Assembly (NCBI GenBank): GCA_964199315.1
Contig: OZ116705.1
Span: 24,924,001 to 24,988,000, forward strand
DNA: 64,000 bases
Reading direction: 5' to 3'
Source: Orbicella franksi
Lineage: Eukaryota
Below are positions 25,190-39,530 of the stretch, piece after piece (position 1 is the first letter of the stretch; each line of letters opens with the position of its first letter). Below the pieces are notes generated by a model. It had not been told where the DNA came from and searched no databases. It worked only from the letters and a program-made list of their open reading frames with translations. A program made the translations under genes and the position numbers.

Positions 25190-28100
25190 TCAACATTTTA
25201 AACCAAGAAAGATAAGAGCCGGTATCTGGTGAACATAAGAGCTATGTTTTGGTACCTTCAAACTAGATTTCATGAAAGAAACATTAACTCCGGAACAAAA
25301 GTTGTAATTCATTCCGATATTCTTAGCAACGTAGCTACCCTGTAGCATTCTTACAGCGGCAGTATAATTTACACCCGCTTGTAAATAGATGTGTCGTGAA
25401 AAATACACCTCAAATGTTTCCTTGCTAGAAAATCTGTTGTTGTAGGTTAGAGATTTACTGGCAATGGAAGTATTTCCTTCGTACAGCTGAATTGTGATGT
25501 TGTAGTGAGCAAATAACCTTCGATCATTCCACAGTCGGTAGCCGCGTAAGATTATATTACTGCTGGTCTGAAAATCGATGGCTTCAACCGAGGAACTTCT
25601 CGACCCGTATCTGTATCCAACATTTGGAATCTTGTCTCTGGAGCGCCAACAGCTGCAATCCACTATAGAAACAAAGTTGACCATTAGTGTTAGGATACTC
25701 GAGCCGTGAACAATTGACATGTTTGTACAGTTTTTTGGCGACCAGAGAATGAAAAACGATCAATACTTTTGTTAATATGAAGAACCCTCATTTTACCGAT
25801 TTCAAGTGTCATGGTTTGAATATGCTCGTTGTTGAAGGGTGAGAGGGGCTGGTGTTTCGATTGATGCAAGAAGAGAGAAGATTGGGAGCATGGAAAGAAA
25901 AGGAGCGCCTGTAGCAATCTTTATCATACTTTCCAGAAAACCGAGAACTGATAAAGCACGAGGAAAAGAGTAGAGAGGAAAGTGAGTAAAATTAATTTGA
26001 AATGACGAAGGTAGCAAGTTAGCATGCACATGAAACGCAATTTGTTTTGATTTCGCCTGACTTAAAACACTCAGTAAACAATACTAACCTCCTTTCTGCA
26101 CCACCAGGTTCATCCTGGTCTTCTTTAAACCCATAGAGTTCATCACAACACACTCGTACAATCCACTGTCGGTGGCAATCAGGTTTGTTATTTTGAGGTT
26201 TCCATCCCTTACTTCAGTCCTGGCCAAAGGAAACGGCTGAAGAAGTCGACTCCAGTTTGCAAATGGAGTTGGGAAACCTTCTGCTTGGCAAGTTTCAGTG
26301 AAGTCCGTGCTTTCGAAAGGCATGACTACTGCTGGAGGTTTCTTGGTGAAGATAGGTGCCGCTAAATCCAAAACAAAATTTCATGATCATTGGATTTAGT
26401 TTTCATACGAACAGCCCACACCATTTTTGAATATATTTGATATTTTCAATTGCAATGAGGCCGCCCTTGATTCAAAGTGAAAGAATTTGGGCCTGCATGT
26501 GGCTGACAATCGTTTTTGCTTTTGGGCCAGTTAATTCATCTCGCCTTCCAAATCACTATTCGGAAAATCTATTTAGAAATCCTCATTGTCTTACCTCTCA
26601 AAAGACGTATTGGACTGAGAAATTTTTGGAGACATGCCAGAGATAGCTGGTTGAGCTTATAAATTTGTTTTGATATCCGACCCGACAGTATAAACCAGAG
26701 GGCCTAAAACAGCGTTTAGGCTGTATAATCTAACGCATCCTGACGACCAAATAACTTCATTTTGGGAAACCATCATTCTATTTGGGATAATCGCTTCATC
26801 TGTTCAGGGTTAGCTCAGGATAAACATTAAATATCTGTAGTTTGAGTCATCTTACCTCGAACAGTCAGGTTGCTAAAGGCTTCAGCTGATCCCAGAGCAC
26901 TGGTAGCCAGGCATGAGTACAACCCAGCATCACTGAAATTCAGCTGTTTAATAGTCAGTATTCCTTCTTCAATGGAGTACTTTAATCCCGGCGAAAGTAT
27001 CTCATTTTCAAATTTCCATTCAATCCTTGGCGTAGGATTTCCACTGACTGTGCAATTGAAAGTCGTGTTTTGTTCTTCGTCGACTGTGTTCTCACCTGGT
27101 AGTAAAACGGTTTGCGGCGCAGATATTGATTTTCCGGGTATCCCAGGGGGTCCCGGCACACCCGTCGGTCCAGGACTGCCTCTATCCCCCTTTTCTCCTC
27201 TTCGTCCCGGAGGTCCTGTTTCTCCCTGTTCTCCTCGTTCTCCGGATATTCCGGTGGCACCATGGGGTCCTTGCGAGCCCATTTCTCCTTTTATTCCCCT
27301 CGGTCCGGTAGGTCCGGTCATTCCTGGTTTTCCGTATTTACCAGGAGGTCCCATGATACCTTGAGTCCCAGTCTTCCCTCTTGTCCCCTTTGGCCCCCTC
27401 CTGCCACGAGACCCTTTGGAACCTCTAGGACCAGGACGTCCAGGGGGACCAGCAGGGCATACCCTAGCGTTCGATCTGCAGTATTCATTCGGAATGAATC
27501 TCCCCAATTGAAAAGAAATCTCACGGCGTATGTCTTCGGTTGAAAATCCCCCTCTTGTCGCATTGGCAGTGGCATCCCTTCGGGATCTGTGATCAAGACT
27601 GCTAGAAAGCTCTTCAACAGCATCTGACAAGTGAAAAAAAAAATCGATAAATATTTTATACTCACATGTTCCGTTTGCAAACCAACTGAAACCTATTTTA
27701 ACAGCATGAAACCTTGCATTTACTCTGTGACGAGTCGGTGAATGAATGAATGAATGAATGAATAGCCTTTATTTTATTTCGGTGAAGGGCTAAGATGGCA
27801 TAGGTAGCCGAGAACCATCAGGTGGCTAAATCATTCTCACTTATCTGTCAAACAAGTCGAAATTCTAACTAACGAGTGGTGTCTCGACATTTTAACTTGG
27901 CAGATAACATTTTTATTTCGTAAACTAACAGACTGTGTCATGACCCCCCCCCCCCCTTTCCCGAGGTGAAGTACTCCTAGAAAAATTGGGTAGGGGAGTG
28001 CGGCCCGCCTACCAAAGCCCTTACCCTATTTATGACCAAAATCTACGATTTTCCCTACCCTATTAATGACCAGACCAAAAATACGATACCCTGTCTCAGA

Positions 28101-28959
28101 CCTGCCTTATAATCAGTTATCTAGTTCAGACCGATGTTAAAGCCATTGTGAAGGGCTTTTGTTGATGGTCTTATCAATAACGATGAAAAATTAGCTTCTT
28201 TTAGAAAAACATATCCAGTTCAAGACTAGAGTGCAAAAAACCATACCCTATTTATGACCAAAATGGCCAAAATCGATACCCTATTCAAGACCAAAACGGC
28301 TGAAAAACCATACCCTTTGGGTCGCACATACCTATATAGCCCATATAAGGGAGTACCCCACCCCTCCGTGTGACACCATTTCTGACTGCTAACAAATTGG
28401 GTAAAATATTCCCTCGCGACCAATTAATGACCCTGGCCCTCTCTGCTATCAACTTAAAACCAGTTAACGCTAATCCAGGATTACAAGTTTATCAAGTTAG
28501 TAAGTAAGTAAATAAGTAAAACCTTTATTTAAGTGCATAAAAGTGAAATTAAAATTTACGCTTAACCCTAGGCTAACCTAATCGCGCTTTCTATAGCCCA
28601 GGAGAGCACTGTGTGATATCATAGGCACTATAGATGTGATATCATAGGCTTGCCGGCTTTCTAGACTGGGAGCCTTTCATAGCATCTGTTTCGAGTGACA
28701 GGATCATTCACGTTGCCATCAACATGTTGATGGCAGCTTGTCAGTTTTGCTGGGACTCAACCCGGGGGGACTCCCATATAAAAGGGACGGGGGTGGTCGG
28801 CGGAAATTTTGAAAAAAACAAAAAAAACCCTAACAGGTACCAAGATCTTGCTTTGTAGGCGTGACTTGAAATTTTTTGATCCCTAAGAGGTACCAATTAT
28901 AACACAACACATTATCTCCGGTGATATTTGGTTCCGCGGAAGCTCCCGCTGAGGCTCTC

Positions 28960-28998
<39 letters not shown>

Positions 28999-30282
28999 TA
29001 ACCTCTAAAATCCCCTGGGGGGTGGCTTGGAAAAATCATATCACATTATATTATACGACAAGCACCTCCGTCCCCTTTATATTGGAGTTCACCCGGGAGG
29101 TCTCAAAACTTCGTAAATGCTGAAAAGACTCACTCAGTGTGCTTGGAACTGCTTGCATGATTGTCAAGAGTATCTGAAATGGGTGCTATTGCCAGCTAAG
29201 AAATCAAGCGGATTTTCCTTAACTGATGGGTGACATCTGAGATCTGCAAATTTTACTCTTGGCTGATTTAACTGCCAGCTAAGAAATCGCCAAACCAGGC
29301 CCTCTGAAGAGACTAAATAGCTAACTGCTTCTGATAACAAACTTATCACACATATTGAATGATGAAGTTGTAGATGTGTTTAGATTCTAAAGCAGAACAT
29401 AGTTTCACAAGGAAATACTGGTTATCCAGCAAACACATCAGGGAGGTAGTTACAAAGGAATGAAACCAGAGCTTTAGATTTCGAGGAGGTCTAAGAAAAA
29501 AGTACGTGTGGGCTACCCTTGACCTCTGAGAAAGCTCGACGAGATAAACTAGTAATACATTTAGTAAGCATGTATTCTCGGACTGAGTAGAACCTACTGC
29601 AAGCGAACTTGTTGCTCTAAGGCTAGTAGGAGACTGAACGAATGCCAACAATTAAGTACGTAGTTACCTTTTTGACAAATGATGTAAAAGCCCAGTCGAC
29701 CTTCTTACACTATCGCATGTAGAGGGAATCTGCTAAAAGTTTGATTTAAGATTTTCACAAGAAAAATTAAAATACATTGTCCCATCATGAAAGGTTGGAA
29801 AGGACTGTTTTGCCCCTGAATTTCATTTCATTTCATTTACTTGTTTCTCACACATATTCGCCCCTTTTTGAATGAGTTCGGGCTAGTTGAAATGGACTAA
29901 TACAGCGAAGTGATAAATTAATACTGTCTACTGGGGTCAAAGTCTAAATCAGTCGCAAATTCAATACCAAATTCAACGGACCTGATGAAGACGAGGAAAG
30001 GCTTTCTGTCGAAGATGATATTGGCCTACTTTTTTCGCTGTCACCTTTGTATATCGTTGTCGGAATATCTTCCCGTCTTGCATTCAACCTCGTAACGTAA
30101 CATTCCTCTATCAAAACCACCATCTGTCGTTCCAATGCGAACAAGCGATCATTTGTTTCTTCATTTTTCATGAAGAGAATTCCACAAACAAACACTAGAA
30201 TGACTGACAAAAACGATGGCCTGATGAAAGGAAGAAAATATCCAACTCGATGATACTTTGACGGGTCCACTTCCCTGAGCAT
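25190..30282 (-). CDS. Gene A: type II TM - furin site - collagen (36 Gly-X-Y) - Ig - Ig - PHR head (~583 or ~604 aa)
   Basis: Exon 1 is 30282-30045 (donor GTGACA) or 30282-29982 (GTCCGT). Exons 2-4 are 27623-26856, 26361-26089 and 25662-25190, and all introns are phase 1. Features: TM SFLSVILVFVCGILFM; RSRR; C-x6-C; two Ig domains with D.G.Y.C motifs; a head with EAIDF..RGYRLW..TFEVYF..Y.A..QIPALIF matching the PHR pattern of BTBD1/2 and MYCBP2. Confidence 0.85.
28750..29100. mobile_element. MITE with CCCGG...ACTCCCATAT termini (second copy ~53985-54380)
   Basis: The two copies share internal motifs (GGTACCAAGATC, CCCTAAGAGGTACC) and imperfect inverted termini. Confidence 0.5.
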
Positions 30283-31479
30283 GGTTAGCGCACATTCGAT
30301 AAATCGCCGATGGAAAGAAATGAGTATAGCACACTGCTGTATCACCAACACTTAAATCCGGGTATTTCTGCGCGCTTCACTGACACTCGATATCTGCCAG
30401 GTGAGTATTGTTAGTCAACCTTCACAACACGTATCTGATTCTCCAAAGTTTGTTTAGTCTACATAGTGGGTTAGAGGGCACGGGGGAAATATAACTAAAC
30501 TTTGGTTAGCAAAACGTATGTACTTGTTGCTAGTTATATAATGTTAGCTATTTTTTAGAGTCACCGTAGATTTGGAGTCTATTTCGGAACAAAAAAAATA
30601 CTGATACTTCATCAAAGGAATCACACTAAAGTCTTCATAAGCCTGTTAAAGCAGTCCTTATTTGTGAATAATATTAAAAATATTAAAAAATTGTTTGTGA
30701 CGTCATTGGTTCATTTCTGCTTCATTGTTATTCGACTTTGCACACAGAGGGTATCCCGATAGCTGAAGTTGACTCCAAAATGATGAAGGGCTTGCAAAAC
30801 TATGAAATCTTAATTAGCTCGTTAGGTCTAATATCAAAAAAGATTTGGCGTAAACTTGCTAGGTGGCAAACGAGTGACTTCATGCCTGACATTCTTTATA
30901 TTATTTTGATTATTTTAACCCTTGTCATACAAAAGGTATATTGTAGGCTCGGCTCAAATTGGTGTGGACGGTTAATCTTGTCAAGCCCTTTCAGATAGCT
31001 TCTTTCCATTTGAGCTCATTTGCAAAGCCAAAAATTGGTTTTAGAGTACACTTAGTTCGTTATAGATAAGATTATGACGTCACAGCTGACTCTATCGAGT
31101 CTTCCTTAATTTCTAAGAAGAAGGCCAAAAAGTGTCCAGTAGTGGTGGAATCAAAAATATTAATTACCAAAGTGATGGAGGATTAAAGCGTAAAGGCCGT
31201 TTACAATTTTGCCTACTAGCGGACACCACTCGAATTTACATACATTAAACACTCTTGTAGGCCGTTCAATGGGCGAACCTTCAGTAAGGTGAGTGTGGAT
31301 ACAGAGCCTGATCTACATTAGTAGAGGGAAGGGGAAGGGGCGGTTCTCGGTGGTTCCAGTGCGGTTTACCCCTCAACTGGAGCAGGGGTTGAGGAGGTTG
31401 AAAGGAAATTTAACTAGCCAGTAATTAATGTGTGCGGGAAATACCCAGATTAGGACCTAGGGTTTGATTGGAGTACATA

Positions 31480-33020
31480 AAAAACATTTTTTTAAGAATT
31501 AACAAAATTTATCGTTTGAAATAAACTATTCGAAAGTTTGAGACTTTCTGAGTGGAAATTGACGATTTTACAATTTCACAAACTTGACTATTTGGTCCTT
31601 AAAAATAGTTAGGGGAATGAGTCGAGTTGTAAGTGCGAAATACCATGATGTGACGTCATTTTGATACCTTACGTCTCATAGACAGGAAATCGGTCGCTTC
31701 AGCTACGAGTGTTTCGGCAACGACCTAACTTTGCTAACGTGTTAAGTCAGTTCTCCAACGTGTTCGGTCTGTTCGTACAATGGTAGGTAGTCAGCTTGTT
31801 CTCCCTCGAATTTTGTCGTTCTAGAATTCAAACTCTAAATCGCACCTGTAAATTTGTTCCAATTTGTGAGCGATTCGGTCGTAAAAACAACACCATACAA
31901 TTTTGCTTAGCAATTTATAGCAATTCAAAGTATTTTTTGTGAATTTCGCGTTAAACTTTTGAAGCGATTCTGATTCCATAATGCACATCTGTCAGCGCCT
32001 TCCTAAGATAAATGGAATGGGAAAAACATAAGCTCTAAAAAACAGCCTCTTGGCTTTTCCAAAGTGACTTCAAAGACTTCAAAATTAAGTCTTATCTGAC
32101 TTCTGCGAGACATAGACAAACCAATTAAAGATGTTTGCGAAGTTACCCAATTCATACAGGACGCCAACGAACTGACCTAAGCAGTTAGCTGACTGGCCGT
32201 TGATAAACCTCAAATGGGAAACAACCGCAATTAGGAAAAACAGAAAAGAAAACATGTAACCCTATTCAGGAATGAGCGACTTCAGTTCAAGCAAAGATCA
32301 AGCGGTATCAACCGAGGGCATCAAATTGTGCGTTATTAGGACTAACTTCTAGCGCACGAGAGAGGCGGATGAGGTCGGTGAAGATGCAGTAACCTTCGCC
32401 GGAACAGGAACAGGCTCCCGGCGAGGACGGAAAACAAATTCGGCGAGCGCGAAACTGAAGAAGTTGGACAGTGAAGTGATCGGGGCGGAAGCCTGCTCGC
32501 AGGCTAAAGATGCAGATGAATATGAACTTACATTAATAGTGCAGGAAATCAGATATCAAAGAGCTTCCTTTTAATTCGCGATTCAGGGTTTTTTTACTAG
32601 TCAACAAGTTATTAGTCAAATGCATTCTTAAAACCAAGAGTTTATCTCTTGTTACAACTTAATACATATATGGTCTAACCTAACAATGATCGCTCGGATC
32701 GGATCGGATCTTTGGTGTAAATTCGGGATCTCACATTCGTTGAACATAGGTTTTGAAACCTTTGTTGGTTAGGGACACTTGGAACGCAATATCGCCTTTT
32801 TTTGATTTGTCTACGTGCATCTTAAAACTTATCATCTGGTATCAACGTGACGTCATCGGTTATTGACCACGAAATTCGAATACCATTTTTAAGGGGAAAA
32901 TGGCACAATATTAGGGATTGTAAAATCGTCAATTTTTTCCCTAAAATTCTCAAAATATGGAAACGTGTAGTTCAACTGATAAAATTAATATAACAAAGCA
33001 AACAAGGAGGAAAAACGTTT
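31480..33020. mobile_element. Old non-autonomous element with degenerate long inverted repeats
   Basis: AAATTGACGATTTTACAAT (~31555) and TGACGTCATTTTGATACC (~31655) match, in reverse, ATTGTAAAATCGTCAATTT (~32918) and GGTATCAACGTGACGTCA (~32838). Boundaries are uncertain. Confidence 0.4.
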
Positions 33021-33248
33021 TCGTATCATACGTATTGCATCGAATGTGGGTGACCATGGGTTTCCCAGCCAGCCCAAAATAACAAGAACAACACCGTCCT
33101 TTATTTATTCACGATATGGGAAAAGGCAAAGACTTAAATGCAAAGACCTGAAATCGGCTGAGGAACAGATATGTCGAGGAACAGATCCGCGTGCTCCTTA
33201 CTAAAGTGACACTCCTTGTAGCTCAACTCTGTAATATTGAGTTCACTT

Positions 33249-33694
33249 TTAACATCGTAGGAAACGAAAAATAAGCGCTGGTATCTGGCCCGAACCGACT
33301 CCAGAACTGTTGCTGTCTTTGGATGACGCCAGAACATGAAGCTCTTGACATGCCGTCAGTGTGTGAGCAAAAGAACTTGCACTTGTCGTTATTTTAGCTG
33401 TTGCGGAGTATAACAGTCCTGCACGAATAGAAATCTCTTGTAAGAATTGAACCTCAAATGTCTTACCAGTGGATCTGGTGTTGTAGGACCCAGTCTTTTC
33501 TGCAATCGTAGAACTTCCACGATACAAACCAATGGTGACCTGAAAGGTCGTTGAACCGCTTGTGACTCCCCACAGGCGGTATCCCCGCAGAATGGCGTCA
33601 CCATTGGTTTGGAAATCAATTGCGTCAACTGTTCCACAGTAACCCCAACCTGAACTTAGACTTTCAGGTCGTCGGCTGCGCTAGCAATCACAAT
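33249..33694 (-). pseudogene. Orphan decayed PHR-head exon
   Basis: Paralog of the gene B last exon. The acceptor AG is changed to AA (33695-33696), TGG is changed to TAG at 33681-33683, and there is a local frameshift plus a deletion in the [13 protein letters not shown] segment. An intron-3 homolog continues to the old donor at 34904-34905. Confidence 0.85.
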
Positions 33695-35310
33695 TTATCG
33701 AAAGAAAAGTTGACATGAAAACAGCCACTATAACAGCAACGAATTATATGTGGTAGTAAGTTTCATGCATGAAAAGCTTGTTATATATCTAACGCCTAAT
33801 ATATAGGTTGGTAAATTTTGCCCACATAGAATTGTCAATTGTAAATTATGGACTGTCGCCTTATAGTGGTAGGGGAGCTTGCGTGTTTCCACGACCCCAA
33901 AAGCTATACCGTACCGGCTGGGAGTTCAATCTCCCTGGCAGATTCAATCATGTCTGGCAGGTCAAAGGGTAAAAACCAGACTAAAGGACATTCCCTGACC
34001 CTCCAGGTTGGGAGTTTGGCGTAGGGCCAATCACCCTACACAGTAAAACAGAGCCTGATTACGGAAACCAAATGACCTTAGGTGTCCTGCGGGGCAAAAT
34101 GAGGAATGAGATGAGAAATCAAATAAAGCTGTTTCAATACCTTTCTTGTTCTTAGCCAAGTATCAGCTCCGTGTCAGTGGTGACAAACTATTAATCAATG
34201 TTTGGCTATCATCGTGTAATATGTTCCACTTATTAGATTAAATGTTAAATCAGAGTCATTTTTTAATTCCGATCCAAACATTTTGAGGAAGGATCGTGCG
34301 CATAGATTTTGAGATAAACGTCATGGAAACTACTAGTGCCAGTCTCCCCTTAAGCACGCGGTCTTTCATTTTGGGAAACCAGAAACTGCAAGGGACCGCA
34401 TACGATAAACACTGCCAACGTAGGATCTAAAAGAGATCTGATCAGCCAAAGAAATGTATGAAGACAAACAATAGACTGCAAGGCTGATACTACGTGAAAA
34501 ACGCTTTTTGTTTTTCAGTTGTCGCATATAATCGCTAAATAGCTTAACAAACAGTAATTAAAAATAGAAAAAAAATACAACACCAACTTCGTGAAAGATT
34601 TTACAAAAGAGGTTAAAAACTGCTTTAGCCATTCGTGGAGGGTGTCCACTTTGATCATCTGAAGTACTAAAACATATTGCAAAGTGCAACCAATGCTTCT
34701 CTTTCACTGAAAACTTTGCTTTGCATCATTACCTTCCGATCCTGAGTGTGCGGAAACCGCCTTTATTGAAACAAGATGGCGTTCAAAGTTTTGCAGTCAT
34801 CATACGAGACTATGCAAATTATCATGTGTATTCACCTAATGTATAATTAAACAAAAGTCAAATCGCGAAAGTTACGCCTTGACTTGTTCATGGTCAATAA
34901 CACACCTTTAAAGTGGCTCAAAACAATAATGTTTCCGTGTGAAGCCTGGGCTCTAACGCGCACTTCAGCGCGAGGAACCACGCGATCACCAGAGGGGTCG
35001 CGAGATAGCGCTCGAAATGCAAAACTCACAACAAACATGGCGGCGCGAGGTCTACTTCATAAAAGTTTGTTTCCGCCAAGTTTAGTGAGCTGTTTACGAT
35101 ATCGCTTATTTTCACCATCCAAAACTTCCATCCTTCAGGCAATTAGTTCACAAAAAAATTGCGACGTCGAAGACAGTAGACCAGCTGTCGAGAGCTTATG
35201 GTTTTACTTTTTACCCGAGAACGCTATATCCTGTATTATCATGAGATGATTATAATTACAAACAAAGGAAAAATGCAATGTGCGCTGGACTGGTACCTTT
35301 TTCCCGATAT

Positions 35311-35976
35311 CACCACACAGTCAATCAAACTCAATCGACCTTTTTTTCAATCGAACTAAATCGAACTCAATCCTTGAACTGAGTTCGATTTATTTCGGCA
35401 ATCGAACCAAATCGAAATCACACAAAAATAATTGGAAAATCGAAATTTTGATTTCTGAACTCTTCATTCTTTGTAAAACTGGTGTTGAAGTTTTTCAAAA
35501 TTCGAGTTACTTCAGTATAACACGTGATTTTCGTGTTTTCGAGACCACATAACATAATCTTTGTTCAAGCGAATTTATTCACCGAACAATAGTCCTTTTC
35601 ATGGTTTATTTTTCTCATTTGCATTACAATGTAATCCAACGTGGATGCGAGGCAATTTCGGACTAAAACTACAAAACAGCCCGAAATTGCCGCACATCCA
35701 TGCTAGATTTTATTGTAATGCAAATGAGCACAGTTAATCGTGAAAAGGGCTATTGGACGCAATCCGTTCCAAACTTAATCGAACACAATCTAATGGATTA
35801 AGTTTGGTTCGGTTCGATTTGTTCGATTGAGTTCGATTGTTTCGGAAATCGAACTCACACAAAGTACGGTGTTCGATTTGGTTCGATTGCCGAACTCAAT
35901 CGAAGTCAATCCACGGATTGAGTTTGATTGGGTTCGATTGAGTTCGATTTCCGATCGTTCGATTGACTATGCCGAG
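35311..35976. mobile_element. 666-bp MITE with (TCAATCGAAC)-type subterminal repeats and a nested hairpin MITE (35588-35754)
   Basis: Flanked by direct CGATAT repeats (35305-35310 and 35977-35982). The paralogous blocks at ~42050 and ~56235 lack the insert. Confidence 0.7.
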
Positions 35977-36802
35977 CGATATTCACCGTTGCGAGTGTAC
36001 TAACTCTTCGTAAATTTTTCGGTGGCCAATGGTAACTTTTACGTTACATGAACTGGAGGCATTAAATAAACAGCAATTTGGGAAATTACTAACTAGTGTC
36101 GCGCGTTCCGTTGGTATCTTTATAAATACCTTTAAATGAGGATTTTAATCCGAAACACTAAACAAGCATAGGACCCCCCTCCACGCACATAATTAAAGGG
36201 CCGGATATCACAGCCTCTTCGAAGATCAAGCGTCTATTTTCAAAAAATTTCGTTTTTTAAAGACACTGCCATAAATAAATAAAAATAAAAGAGTTGTCAA
36301 GAAATGAAACTGGAATATAACGATCTTTATTTTCCAGTGCTTCTTATAGGAGATAAATTTTCCCATAAACGGAACTCACATCTCAAACAAGTATTCTGAC
36401 TACCCCCTGTAGAGCATCAATTCCCACTCAAATAGCAACATTATTCAGATTTTACGCCAAAAGTCGGGAGGGGGAAGGAGGCTTAGTAAATAATTATCAG
36501 TAGAATGAATTAACTGAGTGATGAACTGATTTTCAATCACTTTTGTCATCACGACCGCTAGGCTTAAATTTATTCAATTCTGTATTCATTATATGCAATG
36601 TTCGTTCCTGGGCTTCCAGAACTCTCGATTATGACCTATGTTTGCCATATCTGATGTGATGACTACTGTTGTTCGTTATATACATGGCTGATTGTTTTAA
36701 TATCTTAAGTTGTCATAAATGGTCGGTACAAAAGGATTAAAGTCTCAGGTTGTAAACTAGGGTTCCATGGTATATCTCTACTCTGTATTGTTGAGTTCAC
36801 TT

Positions 36803-39481
36803 TTAACATGACGAAGAACGGAAAATAAGCCCCGGTATTTGGCCGCGATTCACTTTAGAACCGTTGGTGCTTTTTGGTGACGATTTAAAGGTAACTGTGA
36901 CACCAGAACATGAAGCACTTGACATACCATCCTCGTGATAAAAAGAACGTGCACTTGTCGTTATTTGAGCTGTTGCGGTGTACAACAGCCCTGCACGAAT
37001 AGAAATCTCTTGTGAGAAATGCACTCCAAATGTTTTAACACCTGATCTGGTGTTGTAGGACCCAGTTTTTTCAGCTACCAAAGAGCTCTCACGATACAAA
37101 CGAATGGTGACCTGAAAGGTCGTTGAACCGCTGTTCACTCCCCACAGACGGTATCCCTCGAGGATGACGTCACCATTAGTTTGAAAATCAATTGCGTCAA
37201 CCGTTTGACTGGAGTATTGCCAGGTTGATCTTGAAAAAATTGGACTTTCAGGTCGTCGACTGCGCCAGCAATCACAATCTGTTGAAAAGGAAAGTTACAG
37301 AAGCCATAAAAACAACAAACTCTATGTAGGAGTAACCGACATGAATGAAGAGCCTGTTATATTTCAAATAACTCCACAAAAGACGAGGTTAAGTTTTGCC
37401 CATGCATACAGTCGTCACTTTGTAAATGACTACTAATCACTGTTTGGCTATCATCACATAATATGTTCCACTTATCCGAATAAATGTTTAATCAAAGCCA
37501 TGTTTTTGACTCCGAAAATTTTGAGGAAGGATCATGGGGATAGAGATCAACGTCAGGGAAACTACTAGTGTCCAGTCTCCCCTTTATCACCCGGTCTTTC
37601 ATTTTGGCTATTAACTAACGCTTCTGTTGTTCAATTGTCGCATCATCCCGAATCTTGAGCGTGTGGAAACTGCCTGTATTGAAACAAGCTAGTGTTCAAA
37701 GTTTTGCAGTCATCTTACGACGATATGTAAATTATCCAGTGTACCCGCCTGATGTATAATTAATTAAGCCAAAAAAAAAAAAAAAAAAAAAAACCAAAGA
37801 AACGCTTTGACTTGATAATAGTCAATAACACACCTTTAGGTTGTTTCTGTACGGCCACATTCATCTTAGCTTTCTTTGTGCCCATGCTGTTTGTTGCTAC
37901 ACATTCATAAACTCCACCATCAGCAGGACTTAGATTCTTAATAGTCAGACTACCATCTTTTACTTCAGTTTTGTCAACAGGCATAGGCATTGCTAATCTG
38001 TTCCAGCTTAACACAGGAGGTGGAAATCCTACAGCTTGGCAGGTTTGTCGAAAAGTAGAGAGCTCTTTAGGAGTAACAAGTGATGGAGGAGTTGAAGTAA
38101 AAATTGGAAGACCTACGGAAAGAATGTTTAAATCATGCAAATAATAATGCAGCAAAAGTGTTACAGATCTCCATGAACTTCTATCCTTTTGAGAGCCTGC
38201 CGTTAAGTGGGTCGCTACGCAGCACTCCTCTATAAGAGAATTCATGACCTCAAAAATAACGGTATCGAGTGAGATAAGGTAAACAGCACTTTTGGCAGCG
38301 CCTACAAACACAGTGGTACGAATTCAGTTTTCAGGCATGTGCTTGTGGCATTTGTAGAAAAGCGACATCAATATTCAATAACTCGTTGACATTCTTACCT
38401 CGAACAGTCAGATTACCAGAAGCTTGATGTGAGCCAAGAATATTTGTTGCAACACACGTGTACTGTCCAGCGTCACTGTAGTTTAAATGTTTAATGTTCA
38501 GCTCTCCATTATCAATGATCCAGTGTTTAGATCCTGACAAGAGCTTGCTTCCTTTGAATCTCCATTCGATCCTAGGACGCGGATTTCCACCAGCAGTGCA
38601 ATGAAAGCTCGTATTTCCTCCTTCATCTCGAGTTTGCTTAGCAGATGATAACATCACTTGTGGAGCAGATATTGATTCTCCGGGTTTTCCCGGTGGTCCC
38701 GGCATTCCTTTCGGTCCTGGCACTCCCATTTCTCCTTTATCTCCTCTTGGTCCGGTAGGTCCGGTCATTCCGGTTTTCCCGTGTTTACCAGGAGGTCCCA
38801 TGACCCCTTGACTTCCAGTTCTCCCTTTTGTCCCCTTCGCTCCCCTCCTGCCACGAGATCCTTTTTCACCTCTTGTACCAGGGATGCCGGGAGGACCTGG
38901 AGGACATACCTTTTCACTTGACTTGCAATATTTGACGGGCATAAGTTGTCCAAACTGCTTTGTTATCTCGCTGCGTACGTCTTCAATTGATATGGAAGAA
39001 GCATTGGAAGCTTGTCTGCGATTTCTTACTCCCAAAATTTTTGACGGTTTTTTAAACTCGTTTTCAGCTGTAAGAACAACATTTGGGGGTAAAAAAAAAC
39101 CCAAAATTAATTAATTAATTAATTAACACATTTTACGTGCTTGTCTTATTTAGACTTTGCTTTTCAAAGTTCACGAAGCCGAGATAATTCGTATCCCACT
39201 TGCACCCTTCTCTTCTGGCTATTAACAGATCAAGTAAGACAATGTTCACTAAATCATACTTGCAAATCATGAAAGCAGCTAAAACAGTATTGTTGTTAAT
39301 GGCGACTTGGATCCTTCAGCGCTTTTACGTGATTCTCCAGAACCCTGAAAGCAACTTTGCTCCGAACGTAGAATAATGGTATTTTGGGTTGACTTCATTA
39401 GTTTAATCCAAATTTTTTGCAGCCTTGTATAATTTGCAAACGAAAAATAAACTGCCTTGACTCGACTGTTGCCGGATTTCT

Positions 39482-39530
<49 letters not shown>

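Noticed and set aside
26870-27364. 164-aa plus-strand Pro/Gly-rich ORF (also 38884-39114 and 50284-50685)
   Set aside because: These are antisense shadows of the collagen exons. Gly-X-Y codons rarely create stops on the opposite strand.
33249-33527. 92-aa PHR-like ORF as an independent single-domain gene
   Set aside because: It starts at a TTG within a decayed exon that has lost its acceptor and has an upstream nonsense codon.
35311-35976. Repeated TCAATCGAAC/GTTCGATT motifs suggesting a CRISPR-like array
   Set aside because: Irregular spacing, inverted orientation at the two ends, no cas genes and a eukaryotic context. These are MITE subterminal repeats.
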